Shown: positions 41,628 to 51,750 of the stretch, in pieces
Layout: every line of letters starts with the position of its first letter
How positions within the stretch are numbered: position 1 is the first letter of the stretch
Assembly: GCA_036490955.1 (NCBI GenBank)
Contig: DASXCX010000080.1
Span: forward strand, 4,906 to 68,905
Reading direction: 5' to 3'
Source: Stellaceae bacterium
GTDB taxonomy: Bacteria > Pseudomonadota > Alphaproteobacteria > ATCC43930 > CGMCC-115725
DNA length: 64,000 nucleotides
Position numbers and translations under genes: made by a program
Notes under the pieces: generated by a model
Databases searched by the model: none
Seen by the model: the letters and a program-made list of their open reading frames with translations, nothing else
What the model was told of the DNA's origin: nothing

Positions 41628-41794
41628 GCGATACGATCCCGATGTTACAAAGGTGAAACACAAATTCCTGACTCCGAGCCTTGTGATTTCCCTTTAACAC
41701 CCAATTTTGGTATCCATTGGGCGGCAAGAGGCGCTCTTCGGCGGGCACGGATATGGGTCCGGTCAGCCGCAATAATTCAAGAAGGGGTATCCCC

Positions 41795-42046
41795 ATGTCT
41801 TCCGAAAAGACTCAGAATGTGCAGGACGTTTTTCTGAACAACGTCCGCAAGAACAAGACACCGGTCACGGTCTTTCTGGTCAATGGCGTCAAGCTGCAGG
41901 GAATCATCACCTGGTTCGATAATTTCTGCGTGTTGCTGCGTCGCGACGCACACTCGCAACTCGTCTACAAGCATGCGATCTCGACGGTGATGCCGGCGGG
42001 ACCAATCCAGCTCTTCGAGCCGGGGCAATCCGCCGAAGAAGCCTGA
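41795..42046 (+). CDS. hfq: RNA chaperone Hfq
   Basis: Trimmed to [48 protein letters not shown]...YKHAISTV (Sm1/Sm2). Confidence 0.95.
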   Translation: MSSEKTQNVQDVFLNNVRKNKTPVTVFLVNGVKLQGIITWFDNFCVLLRRDAHSQLVYKHAISTVMPAGPIQLFEPGQSAEEA

Positions 42047-42050
42047 GCGG

Positions 42051-43364
42051 ATGGTGGAAGCTGCGGGCGAGCGCGCCGCGACAGTCGGGCGCTGCCTGGT
42101 TGTTCATCCTTGCCTGAGATCCGCGGCGGCGCGCGGCGAGGGCGCACGTACGCCCGAGATGCGTCTCGACGAGGCGGTCGGTCTCGCGCGCGCGATCGCG
42201 CTCGAGGTCGTCGCCTCCGAAGTCGTGCGCATGAGCGCATGGCGGCCGGGCACCCTGCTCGGCGCCGGCACGGTGAAGCGCCTCGCCGAGTTGGTGGAGG
42301 AGCAAGAGATTGCCGTCGCGGTGATCGATGCGGCCGTCACGCCGGTGCAGCAACGCAATCTCGAGCGCGAGCTGAAATGCAAGGTCATCGACCGCACCGG
42401 CCTGATCCTCGAGATTTTCGGCGCGCGTGCCCGCACGCATGAAGGCGCGCTGCAGGTCGAGCTCGCTGCGCTGACCTATCAACGCTCGCGGCTGGTGCGG
42501 TCTTGGACGCATTTGGAGCGCCAGCGCGGCGGCTTCGGCTTTCTCGGCGGACCGGGTGAAAGCCAGCTCGAGATCGATCGCCGTCTCATCACCGATCGCA
42601 TCACCCATTTGAAGCGCGAGCTCGATACGGTGAAGCGCACCCGCGCGCTGCATCGCGAGGCGCGCAAGCGCGTGCCGTATCCGGTCGTTGCGCTGGTCGG
42701 CTACACCAATGCCGGCAAATCGACGCTGTTCAATCGCCTGACCCGCGCCGAGGTCGTCGCCGCCAATCAGCTCTTCGCGACGCTCGATCCGACCATGCGC
42801 CGGCTGCCGCTGCCGTCGGGCCGCAGTGCCATCCTCTCCGATACGGTCGGCTTCGTCTCCGAGTTGCCGACGCCGCTCGTCGCCGCTTTCCGCGCCACGC
42901 TCGAAGAAGTCACCTCGGCCGATCTCGTCATCCATGTCCGCGACATGCATCATCCCGAGAGCGAGGCGCAGCGCGACGATGTCCACGCCGTGCTGGGCGA
43001 ACTCGGCCTCGGCGCGACGGTCGAGGCCGGCCTCATCGAGGCGCTCAACAAGATCGATCTGCTGCCCGAGGATCAAAAGATCGTGCTGCGCAATCAAGCG
43101 CGCCGGAACGTCGCCGCGGTGCCGATATCGGCGACGACCGGCGAGGGCTGCAACGAGCTTTTGGCGCTGATCGACAACCGTCTCGATGCTGGCCGCCAGA
43201 CCGCCCAGCTCGACGTGCCTTTGAGCGACGGCGCGGCCATCGCCTGGCTCTACAGCCATGGCGAGGTGGTCGAGCGCGATGACGATGAGCGCCACGCGCA
43301 TATGACCGTGCGGCTCAGCGAAGCCGATCTCGGACGCTTCCAGACCCGGCAGGTCCGCGATTAG
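42051..43364 (+). CDS. hflX: GTPase HflX
   Basis: 437 aa. GPGESQLE and GYTNAGKST (G1) motifs. Lies downstream of hfq. Confidence 0.92.
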   Translation: MVEAAGERAATVGRCLVVHPCLRSAAARGEGARTPEMRLDEAVGLARAIALEVVASEVVRMSAWRPGTLLGAGTVKRLAELVEEQEIAVAVIDAAVTPVQQRNLERELKCKVIDRTGLILEIFGARARTHEGALQVELAALTYQRSRLVRSWTHLERQRGGFGFLGGPGESQLEIDRRLITDRITHLKRELDTVKRTRALHREARKRVPYPVVALVGYTNAGKSTLFNRLTRAEVVAANQLFATLDPTMRRLPLPSGRSAILSDTVGFVSELPTPLVAAFRATLEEVTSADLVIHVRDMHHPESEAQRDDVHAVLGELGLGATVEAGLIEALNKIDLLPEDQKIVLRNQARRNVAAVPISATTGEGCNELLALIDNRLDAGRQTAQLDVPLSDGAAIAWLYSHGEVVERDDDERHAHMTVRLSEADLGRFQTRQVRD

Positions 43365-43457
43365 CCGCGACGATCACGAAAGCGTTCCCTGAATGTTCTT
43401 GATACGGTGGCCGGCCCTAGCCTAGTCTTGGCTATTTTCGCGGATTAGGGGGATGCC

Positions 43458-44291
43458 GTGAATCGATCGGCAAAGCTCGGCGCGGTTGCTGTTTTAGTGC
43501 TCGGCGTCGGAGCCTGCGGGCCGTTGGCGGTGGATCCGCCCGCCCGCACAACCGTCAAGGTGAGCGGCGATAAATTCAGTAAGGAAGTCACACTCGAAGG
43601 TCTTCCGCAAAACAACGCGTTCGCGGACAACAGCACGTTTTGGATGCTGCGCAGCTTTGTGAACCCACAAGCGCACACAGCCCGGCATCAGATTTACGTC
43701 GACTGGTTCTTCCCTGGCCACGGCACAACGAAGTATCGCGCAGCGGACGACACGGCGCGGACCTTACCGACGCAGCAAATATACAAAGAATCCTGCGGCA
43801 GGCAGTGCGGACAAACGGACACGGTGATCATCGATATCGACGAGGCGGCGCTGCGAGCCCGTGCCAGGACAGGGTTCCAGGTCAAGCTCAGCGGCAATGA
43901 CGGCGTGTCTACGATCGTTGGCATCACGCCTCAGATGATCGCGGCGCAGCTTCAGGCCGAAGACAACTTTATCCCTTCGACGGTCAACGTACGCGCGCAA
44001 GCGCCAATAGCGAACCCGAATGCACGCACGTCGGATGGCAAGCCGCTTCTCGGCGTTACATGCGGTAACATGCCGCTCGCGAACGCCGTAGTCGTGCAAA
44101 GAATCGCTGCAAATACTCCGGCTGAGGCGGCCGGGATCCAGAGAGGCGACATGATACTGCGCTATAATGGGCAGATCGTCACCGACGTGGATCAATTCGA
44201 CAGCCTCATCTTGCAAACCGTTCCGGGAACGTTGGTGCCGATAGAGATCAGCCGCGGCTTGAACCGGCTGAACATCTCAGCGCAAATGTAG
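43458..44291 (+). CDS. PDZ-domain lipoprotein
   Basis: GTG start, lipobox LGVGAC. C-terminal PDZ-like segment AAGIQRGDMILRYNGQIV. Confidence 0.6.
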   Translation: MNRSAKLGAVAVLVLGVGACGPLAVDPPARTTVKVSGDKFSKEVTLEGLPQNNAFADNSTFWMLRSFVNPQAHTARHQIYVDWFFPGHGTTKYRAADDTARTLPTQQIYKESCGRQCGQTDTVIIDIDEAALRARARTGFQVKLSGNDGVSTIVGITPQMIAAQLQAEDNFIPSTVNVRAQAPIANPNARTSDGKPLLGVTCGNMPLANAVVVQRIAANTPAEAAGIQRGDMILRYNGQIVTDVDQFDSLILQTVPGTLVPIEISRGLNRLNISAQM

Positions 44292-44352
44292 CCGGCTCTT
44301 CCCTCGCGGCAGAATTCGCGATAGAGGCGCGTCAGCATCAAGGAGACGCGCC

Positions 44353-45219
44353 ATGAAGCTCGCATTCCTCGGCCTCGGCGTGATGGGGTTTCCGATGGCG
44401 GGGCATCTCGCCAAGGCGGGCCACGAGGTCACGGTCTACAACCGGACTGCCGCTAAGGCGCGCGCCTGGATCGAGCAACACAAGGGCGCAGCGAAGCCGA
44501 CACCCGCGGAAGCCGCGGCCGGCGCCGAGATCGTCTTCACCTGCGTCGGCAATGACGACGATGTGCGCCAGGTCGTGCTGGGCGATGCGGGCGCGCTCGT
44601 CGGCATGAGCAAGGGTGCGCTACTGGTCGATCACACGACGGCGTCGGCCGAGCTGGCGCGCGAGCTCGATGCGGCGGCGAAAGCGAAGGGCTTGGGATTT
44701 CTCGACGCGCCGGTCTCGGGCGGGCAGGCCGGCGCGCAGAACGGCACGCTCACGGTGATGGTCGGCGGCGATGCGCAAAGCTTCGCGCGTGCCGAGAAGG
44801 TGATGGCGCATTACGGGCGCGCGGTCACGCATATGGGGCCGGCCGGCAACGGCCAGCTCACCAAGATGGTCAATCAGATCATGATCGCCGGCCTGGTTCA
44901 GGCGCTGTCGGAGGGACTCAATTTCGCAGTACGCGCCGGGCTCGATGCGCATAAGGCGGCGCAGGTCATTTCGAAAGGCGCGGCGCAATACTGGCAGCTC
45001 GAGAACCGCTATCAGACCATCCTCGACGACAAGTTCGATTTCGGGTTCGCGGTCGATTGGATGCGCAAGGATCTCGCGATCTGCCTCGCCGAGGCGCGAC
45101 GCAACAAATCGGCGCTGCCGGTGACGGCGCTGGTCGACCAGTTCTATGAGCGTGTGCAGGAACGGGGCGGCGGCCGTTGGGACACATCGAGCCTGTTCCA
45201 TCTCCTTGCCCATCCCTGA
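44353..45219 (+). CDS. NAD(P)-dependent beta-hydroxyacid dehydrogenase (3-hydroxyisobutyrate dehydrogenase family)
   Basis: 288 aa. [15 protein letters not shown] Rossmann motif and DAPVSGG. Confidence 0.85.
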   Translation: MKLAFLGLGVMGFPMAGHLAKAGHEVTVYNRTAAKARAWIEQHKGAAKPTPAEAAAGAEIVFTCVGNDDDVRQVVLGDAGALVGMSKGALLVDHTTASAELARELDAAAKAKGLGFLDAPVSGGQAGAQNGTLTVMVGGDAQSFARAEKVMAHYGRAVTHMGPAGNGQLTKMVNQIMIAGLVQALSEGLNFAVRAGLDAHKAAQVISKGAAQYWQLENRYQTILDDKFDFGFAVDWMRKDLAICLAEARRNKSALPVTALVDQFYERVQERGGGRWDTSSLFHLLAHP

Positions 45220-45347
45220 CGGCCGTCCCGTGGGCGCGGACCCATGAGCCTATCGCGTGCCTCTCTGTTGCCGATGTTTCTCCCGTGACATAGTGAGCCG
45301 GTCGGCGACGCGCTGAACGATCGCCGTTCGTCACGGGAGGATTTGAG

Positions 45348-46763
45348 ATGAGCGCAACCATCAATCGTCGCGGCTTTCTTGCGGCAGCATCGGCGGCGAT
45401 CGCCGCTTCGGCCGTATCCGGCAGCGACGCGACTGCAGCGACGAAACGCGCGCCGCCGGCGAAGGCACAACGCGAATATCTCATCCGCGGCGCAGCGATC
45501 GTCTCGATGGACCCGGCGGTCGGCGATCTCGCCAAAGGCGATGTGCATGTGCGCGACGGCGCCATCGTTGCCGTCGGTCCGCGCGTCGCCGCGCCGGGGG
45601 CCAGCGTTATCGACGGCGCGAATATGATCGCCCTGCCGGGCCTCATCGATACGCATTGGCATATGTGGGAAAGCGTCGCGCGCAACCTTGCCGGCGATGA
45701 TGCGAAGACCGGCTATTTTCCGCACAGCCGGACGCTCGGCGTGCTGTTTACGCCGGAAGACAATGCGCGCGGCGTGCGGCTCGGGCTTGCCGAAGCGATC
45801 CATTCCGGCATCACCACCGTACACAACTGGTCGCATAACAATCTCACGCCCGCCTATGCCGAAGCCGAGCTCATGGTGCATCGCGAGGCCGGCAGCCGCG
45901 CACGCTATTCCTATGGCTATTCACGCAAGACCGGCACCAACACGATGCTGCCGCTCGACGATATCCGCGCCTTCCATGCGAAATACTTCGGCACGCCGGG
46001 CGACGGTCTCGTCACCTTCGGCATCGCGACGCGTGGGCCGAACAGCAATCCGATCGAGATCTGTGCCCAGGAAATGGCCTTCGCGCGCGAGCTGAAAATT
46101 CCGCTCACCACCCATGTCGGGATCGAGCCGGGCAAGAATTCCTTCGTCGAGATGATGGCGAAGGCCAATCTGCTGGGCCCCGACGTCCTGCTGGTCCATG
46201 CCACGAACAGCACGGATGCCGAACGCAAAATCCTTGCCGATACCAAGACGCCGGTCAGCTGCAGTCCCTTTACCGAGATGCGTACCGGCTTCGGCGTCAC
46301 CCCGGTGCGTGCCTTTCTTGCCGCCAACGTGCCGTTCGGCCTCTCGATCGACACGACCGTGCTGTGCGGCAACGCCGACATGTTCGCGATCATGAAGGTG
46401 ATGCAGAACATCGACGACGGCACGACGCCGAGCGAATTCGGCATCACTGCGCGGCGCGTGCTCGAGATGGGCACGATCGACGGCGCACGGGCGCTCGGTA
46501 TCGCCGATCGCGTCGGCTCGCTCACGCCGGGCAAGCGCGCCGACGTCATCCTCGTGCGCACCGACGCGATCAACATGGCGCCGATGGCCGATCCCATCCG
46601 CATGGTCGTGCAGGCAGCGCAGCCCGCCAACGTCGATACGGTGATGGTCGATGGCCGTATCCTGAAACGCGCCGGCAAGCTGACGACGCTCAATGAAGCG
46701 AAGGTGATGCGCGAAGCCGCCGAGACGATCGCGCGCGTCAACGCGCAGATCAGCAAGACGTGA
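45348..46763 (+). CDS. Amidohydrolase (chlorohydrolase/deaminase-type) with Tat signal
   Basis: 471 aa. Twin-arginine motif NRRGFLAAASAA and DTHWHMWE metal motif. Confidence 0.8.
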   Translation: MSATINRRGFLAAASAAIAASAVSGSDATAATKRAPPAKAQREYLIRGAAIVSMDPAVGDLAKGDVHVRDGAIVAVGPRVAAPGASVIDGANMIALPGLIDTHWHMWESVARNLAGDDAKTGYFPHSRTLGVLFTPEDNARGVRLGLAEAIHSGITTVHNWSHNNLTPAYAEAELMVHREAGSRARYSYGYSRKTGTNTMLPLDDIRAFHAKYFGTPGDGLVTFGIATRGPNSNPIEICAQEMAFARELKIPLTTHVGIEPGKNSFVEMMAKANLLGPDVLLVHATNSTDAERKILADTKTPVSCSPFTEMRTGFGVTPVRAFLAANVPFGLSIDTTVLCGNADMFAIMKVMQNIDDGTTPSEFGITARRVLEMGTIDGARALGIADRVGSLTPGKRADVILVRTDAINMAPMADPIRMVVQAAQPANVDTVMVDGRILKRAGKLTTLNEAKVMREAAETIARVNAQISKT

Positions 46764-46873
46764 CCGGTCGCGCGGTCGCCGTTGTGGTTGACAAGGACGC
46801 GGCTTCGGCTTCTGCTAGCGCCAGAGAATAAGCGATCGCCGCCAGGCGGCGACCAAAGCGGGGAGGGAGAGGG

Positions 46874-47887
46874 ATGCGGTTTTCAGCCATCATCATCGGT
46901 ACGGCCGTCGCGACGGCGCTTGGTCTGAGCGCCCAGATCGCGCGGGCGGAAGAGCTGCTCAACATCCGCATCGGCTGGGTCGTGCCAGTCGGCAATTGGG
47001 CCTCGATCCTTTACGAGAAGAAGGATCTGATGATCCATTACGGCAAGACCTATACGGTCACGCCGACGCATTTCGCCGGCACGCCGCCGATGATCACGGC
47101 GCTCGCCTCGGGCGATCTCGACATCGCCGACCTCGCCTATTCTTCTTTCGCGACCGCGGTCGAGAATGCGGGCATGAAGGATATCAAATTCATCGCCGAC
47201 GAAGCACAGGATGGCGCCGAAGGCCATGATTCGGGCGCCTATTACGTGCTGAAGGACGGCCCGATCCACAAGGTAGAGGACCTCAAAGGCAAGGTCGTCG
47301 CCGATGTCGGCGCCGGCTCGGCGGTCGATATCGCGATCCGCGCGATGCTCAAGAAGCACGGGCTCGAGACGCCGCGCGACTACACCATCGTCGAAGCGGC
47401 CTTTCCTAATATGGAATCCCTACTTGAATCGAAGAAGGCGGATTTGATCGCCGCAGTGCAGCCTTTCACCTTGAAGCCGAGCTTCATCGAGAATACGCGG
47501 CCGTTATTCAACGCCGTCGACGCGCTCGGCGGACCGACGCAATTCGTCGTTTGGACGGCGCATGAGGCTTATATCCAGAAGAACCGTGCGGCGCTGGTCG
47601 ATATGTTCGAGGATGCGATCCGGGTGACGCGCTGGCTCACCGACCCGAAAAATCACGATGCCGTCGTGCAAATCGCTGCGCAGATCACCAAGCAGCCGCC
47701 TGATCAGCTGCAATATGTCTTTTCGAAGACCGATCTCTATCGCGATCCGAACATGCTGCCGAACACGCCCAATCTGCAGCGCGCGGTCGATGCGCAATAC
47801 GAGGTCGGCTATCTCAAGCAAAAGCTCGACGTGAAGCCCTACGCCGATCTAAGCATGATCAAGGAAGCAGCGGCGCGCATAAAGTAA
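46874..47887 (+). CDS. ABC-type substrate-binding protein (NMT1-like), orphan
   Basis: 337 aa with a signal peptide. Confidence 0.75.
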   Translation: MRFSAIIIGTAVATALGLSAQIARAEELLNIRIGWVVPVGNWASILYEKKDLMIHYGKTYTVTPTHFAGTPPMITALASGDLDIADLAYSSFATAVENAGMKDIKFIADEAQDGAEGHDSGAYYVLKDGPIHKVEDLKGKVVADVGAGSAVDIAIRAMLKKHGLETPRDYTIVEAAFPNMESLLESKKADLIAAVQPFTLKPSFIENTRPLFNAVDALGGPTQFVVWTAHEAYIQKNRAALVDMFEDAIRVTRWLTDPKNHDAVVQIAAQITKQPPDQLQYVFSKTDLYRDPNMLPNTPNLQRAVDAQYEVGYLKQKLDVKPYADLSMIKEAAARIK

Positions 47888-47917
47888 CGACGCAGCGGAG
47901 CAGGGGAGTTTCGCGGA

Positions 47918-48928
47918 ATGATCGTGGTTTATCGCGCGGCGCTTGCCGCGCTGGCACTGCTCGTTGCTACGGCGTCGGTTGCTCCGGCGCGCGCCGAGGA
48001 CGAGCATACGACGCTCGCCATTCCCGGCATCACCATCGGCTTCATCACGCGCTTCATTGCCGACGACGAGGGCATGTGGAAGAAGCAGGGTCTCGACGTG
48101 AAGGTGCTCGATATCGCCGGCATCGGCTCGATGAATGCGGTGATCGCGGGCTCGGTCGATTTCTCGATGTCGTCGGGCCCGTCGATCACCCGCGCCTGGG
48201 CCAAGGGTCAGCATCTCGTCGCCCTCGCCACCGCGATCAATCAATCCGACGAGGACATCGTCATCCGCAAGGAAATCGCCGATGCCGGCCATTTCGACCC
48301 GAAAGCACCCTTGAAAGAGCGCGGCAAACTTCTCAAAGGCCTGACGATCGCGGTTGGCGGCGTCGGCGCGATCCCCGATGTCGTGCTGAAGGTGGTGCAG
48401 ATCGATGCCGGCCTCTCGCGTGACAGCGTGACGGCGACGCCGATGCAGCCGCCCGAATATATGGCGGCATTCGAGCGCAAGGCGATCGACGGCTTCGTCT
48501 CCGGTCCGCCTTTCATCCAGCAGGCCGTGGTGGCGGGGACGGGCGTGGTGCTGTCGGATTCGGCCAAGGGCGAGCCCGTCGAATATTCGCCGCAATCGGC
48601 GGGGCTGCTGCTGACACGCGGCGATTTCTGCGGCGGCCATCGGTCGATCTGCGAGAAGATGGTACACGGCATCGTCGAGGCGGCGAAATTCCTGCACGAG
48701 CATCGCGCAGAATCGATCGCCATCGCCAAGAAGCATTTCGGCGCCTATGGCGACGAGGTGCTGGGGCAATCGATCGACATGCTCACGGCGATGACGCCGT
48801 CGCCGCCGCTTACCACGCCGCAAATGCTCGAGAACGGCGACCGCATCAATATCGCTGCCGGCTTCCTCAAGGACAGCGACAAGCTCTCGGACTACGCGCC
48901 GCTGATCGACAATCAGTTCACGAAGTGA
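47918..48928 (+). CDS. ABC-type substrate-binding protein (NMT1-like), orphan
   Basis: 336 aa with a signal peptide. Confidence 0.75.
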   Translation: MIVVYRAALAALALLVATASVAPARAEDEHTTLAIPGITIGFITRFIADDEGMWKKQGLDVKVLDIAGIGSMNAVIAGSVDFSMSSGPSITRAWAKGQHLVALATAINQSDEDIVIRKEIADAGHFDPKAPLKERGKLLKGLTIAVGGVGAIPDVVLKVVQIDAGLSRDSVTATPMQPPEYMAAFERKAIDGFVSGPPFIQQAVVAGTGVVLSDSAKGEPVEYSPQSAGLLLTRGDFCGGHRSICEKMVHGIVEAAKFLHEHRAESIAIAKKHFGAYGDEVLGQSIDMLTAMTPSPPLTTPQMLENGDRINIAAGFLKDSDKLSDYAPLIDNQFTK

Positions 48929-48992
48929 CGCAGGTAAGCTCAGCCATCCCGGCCTTCGCTGGGAAGCGGAAAAAGCCGACGGCTGATCGTGG

Positions 48993-50468
48993 CTAAATCT
49001 TGAAACTCTCGGCGAAGATGTCGGGCTTGTAGCCGACCTTGCCGAAGAGATAAGCGCGCGATTCATCCGCCATCTTCTTGAACCGCGCCATGTCGACGCC
49101 GATCATCTTGCCGTGCTGCTTGCGGATGACGCCGCCGATGATCACCGTATCGATATTGCTGCGATCGGCGGCTGCGACCACGGTGCCGAGGGCGTTGTTC
49201 GACGGGTAGAGGTTGATCGCGTCGGTGCGGATCATGACGATATCGGCTTCCTTGCCCGGCGCCAGCGTGCCGATCTTGTCGGAGAGGCCGGCACAAGCCG
49301 CGCCGTTGACGGTCGCGCAAGTCAGCACGTCGCGCATCGAGACCGGCTTCGGCGGGTTGGCGTCGCCGTTGAGCTTGCGATTGGTCGCGACCGCGCGCTG
49401 GATGTGGAATGCGGTGCGCATCTCCATGAACATGTCGGTCGAGTAGGAGGTCTCGTTATCGACGCTGAAGCCCGGCTTCATGCCGTGATCGAGCGCATGC
49501 TGGTAGGCCGGGAAGCCCTCGCCGAGCCCATATTGCGAATCCGAGCGCGGGCAGACATCGATGGTGACGCCGGCGTTCTTCATGTTCTGCCACGTGCTCT
49601 CGGGCAGGTTGCCGCAATGGTTGAAGGTCACGTCCGGGCCAAGCAGCTTCTCGTCGGCGAACTGATCCATGATCTTGCCCATGGCCGGGCCTTGGAACTC
49701 CATCGTGATCCGTAGGCCGAGCGAGCGGGCATAGGTCCATTGCTCTTTCACCGGTCCGGCGAAGATGCGCAAGGTCACGAGTTGGTCCGTCGATGAGAAG
49801 AATTGCTTCTGCAGCCGTGCCAGATCCTGCGGCAACTGATGATCCCAATCGCCGGCTTGCGGTCCGCCGGCGGCATGAACGCCGCGGATGCCGCTGTCGA
49901 ACAGCGCCTTGATCGCCGCATCGGAATGCGCGGCAGTGCGCGAGTTGTGCGAATTGTCGATGATGCAAGTGATGCCGGCATCGATGCAGCCGAGCGCGGT
50001 GATGAGATTGCCGGCATACATGTCGTCCGGCCGATAAGCCTTGGCGAAGGATAGATGCGTCGCGGCGGAATAAGCGTCGAGCGTCGCGGCGTTGGGATTG
50101 ATGCGGCGGAGCTGGCCTTCCCAGGAATGACGATGGCAATCGACGAAGCCGGGGATGAGGATCGCATTGGAGCCGTCGATCACCGTCGCGCCGGCCGATT
50201 TGAGGTCGCCGCCGACAGCGGCGATCTTCTTGCCCTCGACCAGGAGATCGCCCTTGGCAATATCGCCGAGCTTCTCGTCCATGGTGATGATCGTTGCACC
50301 CTTGATGAGGATGCGGCCGTTCGGTTTGCCTCGACCCGGCTGAACGACGTTGCTCTCGACCGCTTCGGCCGTGCGGGGCATCGCGGGCGCGGCGACGCTC
50401 GCCGCGACGATGGCGCCCGCCTTCATCAGGCCGCGCCGCGAAATTTTGCTGGGCTCACCACGCTTCAT
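48993..50468 (-). CDS. Amidohydrolase with Tat signal (paralogue type of 45348..46763)
   Basis: 491 aa. SRRGLMKAGAIVAA twin-arginine signal and DCHRHSWE metal motif. Confidence 0.8.
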   Translation of the reverse strand: MKRGEPSKISRRGLMKAGAIVAASVAAPAMPRTAEAVESNVVQPGRGKPNGRILIKGATIITMDEKLGDIAKGDLLVEGKKIAAVGGDLKSAGATVIDGSNAILIPGFVDCHRHSWEGQLRRINPNAATLDAYSAATHLSFAKAYRPDDMYAGNLITALGCIDAGITCIIDNSHNSRTAAHSDAAIKALFDSGIRGVHAAGGPQAGDWDHQLPQDLARLQKQFFSSTDQLVTLRIFAGPVKEQWTYARSLGLRITMEFQGPAMGKIMDQFADEKLLGPDVTFNHCGNLPESTWQNMKNAGVTIDVCPRSDSQYGLGEGFPAYQHALDHGMKPGFSVDNETSYSTDMFMEMRTAFHIQRAVATNRKLNGDANPPKPVSMRDVLTCATVNGAACAGLSDKIGTLAPGKEADIVMIRTDAINLYPSNNALGTVVAAADRSNIDTVIIGGVIRKQHGKMIGVDMARFKKMADESRAYLFGKVGYKPDIFAESFKI

Positions 50469-50514
50469 GACGTTCCCCCAATGTTTATTGTGGGGGCGAG
50501 TCTAGCGCCACCGG

Positions 50515-51318
50515 CTAGCGTTTTTCTCCCTTATTCTCCTCGCGCTTCGCCCACTGCCATTTCGCCTCCATCTCGTCGAGGCTGGCGCTGCCGGGCTGTT
50601 TGCCGTCGGCGGCGAGCAAGGTCTCGACGCGGCGAAAGCGGCGCTCGAATTTGCGGCAGGCGCGGCGCAGCGCCTGTTCCGGATCGTGCTCGAGCTTGCG
50701 CGCGAGATTGACGACGGCGAAGAGCAGATCGCCTAGCTCGTCCTCGATACGGTCGCTGCTGTCCTCGGCGATCGCCTCGCAAACCTCGGCGATCTCTTCC
50801 TCGATCTTGTCGAAGACCGGATCGACATCGGGCCAGTCGAAGCCGACACGCGCGGCGCGGCGCTGCAGCTTCGCGGCGCGGGTGAGGGCGGGCAGTCCCG
50901 GCCCGATCCCGTCGAGCGCGCTCGCCGCGCCCTTGGCGGCGCGCTCCTTGGCCTTGAGGTCTTCCCAGGCCACGATCGTCGCCGCGGCATTGGCGATCTC
51001 GGCCGCGGCGAAGACATGCGGATGCCGCGTGATCATCTTGTCGCTGATCGCCTTGGCGACATCTTCGAACATAAAGCTGCCGGCTTCCTCGGCCATGCGC
51101 GAATGGAAGACGACCTGAAGCAGCAGATCGCCGAGCTCTTCCTTGAGCGCCGGCACATCGTCGGCCTCGGCGGCTTCGGCGACCTCATAGGCTTCCTCGA
51201 TTGTATAAGGCGCGATAGTTTTGAAGCTCTGCACGACGTCCCAGGGACAGCCGGTTTTGGGGTCGCGCAGCCGCGCCATGATCGTCAGGAGCCGCTGAAG
51301 CTGGGGCGTATCGGTCAT
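50515..51318 (-). CDS. mazG: Nucleoside triphosphate pyrophosphohydrolase MazG
   Basis: This is the C-terminal 267 aa of track ORF 50515..51849, starting MTDTPQLQRLLTIMARLRDPKTGCPWD. It has two EExxE-type MazG repeats (EEAYEVAEA, EEIAEVCEA). Confidence 0.88.
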   Translation of the reverse strand: MTDTPQLQRLLTIMARLRDPKTGCPWDVVQSFKTIAPYTIEEAYEVAEAAEADDVPALKEELGDLLLQVVFHSRMAEEAGSFMFEDVAKAISDKMITRHPHVFAAAEIANAAATIVAWEDLKAKERAAKGAASALDGIGPGLPALTRAAKLQRRAARVGFDWPDVDPVFDKIEEEIAEVCEAIAEDSSDRIEDELGDLLFAVVNLARKLEHDPEQALRRACRKFERRFRRVETLLAADGKQPGSASLDEMEAKWQWAKREENKGEKR

Positions 51319-51400
51319 GCGCGAGCCCCGGAAAATGCCCCGGAAATAAGGGGATCTCGGAGGGTTGGGGATGAATCTGTGCGCCATCGCCGGCACCCAA

Positions 51401-51428
51401 ATATCGCATAATGTATACTCTGGTGAAA
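51401..51428 (+). other. Degenerate dif-like site (left junction)
   Basis: ATATCGCATAA-TGTATA-CTCTGGTGAAA. The XerC-side arm and central hexamer are conserved; the XerD-side arm is degenerate. Confidence 0.6.
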
Positions 51429-51750
51429 CATTCGCGCTAACCTGTTCCGCAGTTGTTCCTAAGGCGATTATTGTAAAAACGGCGGCACTGATCTTAGCGA
51501 GGATCGCGCGATATTGCGCTTTTGCCCCTTCCGATCTTGCGCGCCAAGTATTCAGGTCTAAAAGCGCCGTAGCCGCATCGACACCAGCACGGTTAGCCAG
51601 TTCAATCATCGTGTCATCGTCAGGCCATGCGCGGCGCGTGCGGTATTGGGAAACGCTTTGGCGGATTATGTTTAGAGCATCTGCCAACGCTGTATCCGAC
51701 TTGAAGCCGCAGCGCTCGCGCGCACGGTCAAGGTATTCATCGATCGTCAT
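51403..51750 (-). CDS. Phage repressor-like HTH protein (DUF3693/CI-like); has no stop of its own in the integrated state
   Basis: MTIDEYLDRARERCGFKSDTALADALNIIRQSVSQYRTRRAWPDDDTMIELANRAGVDAATALLDL..., then a hydrophobic segment. GGAGAG lies 8 nt before ATG 51750. The frame runs across the left dif-like core into mazG, so the 3' coordinate is set at the core. Confidence 0.6.
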
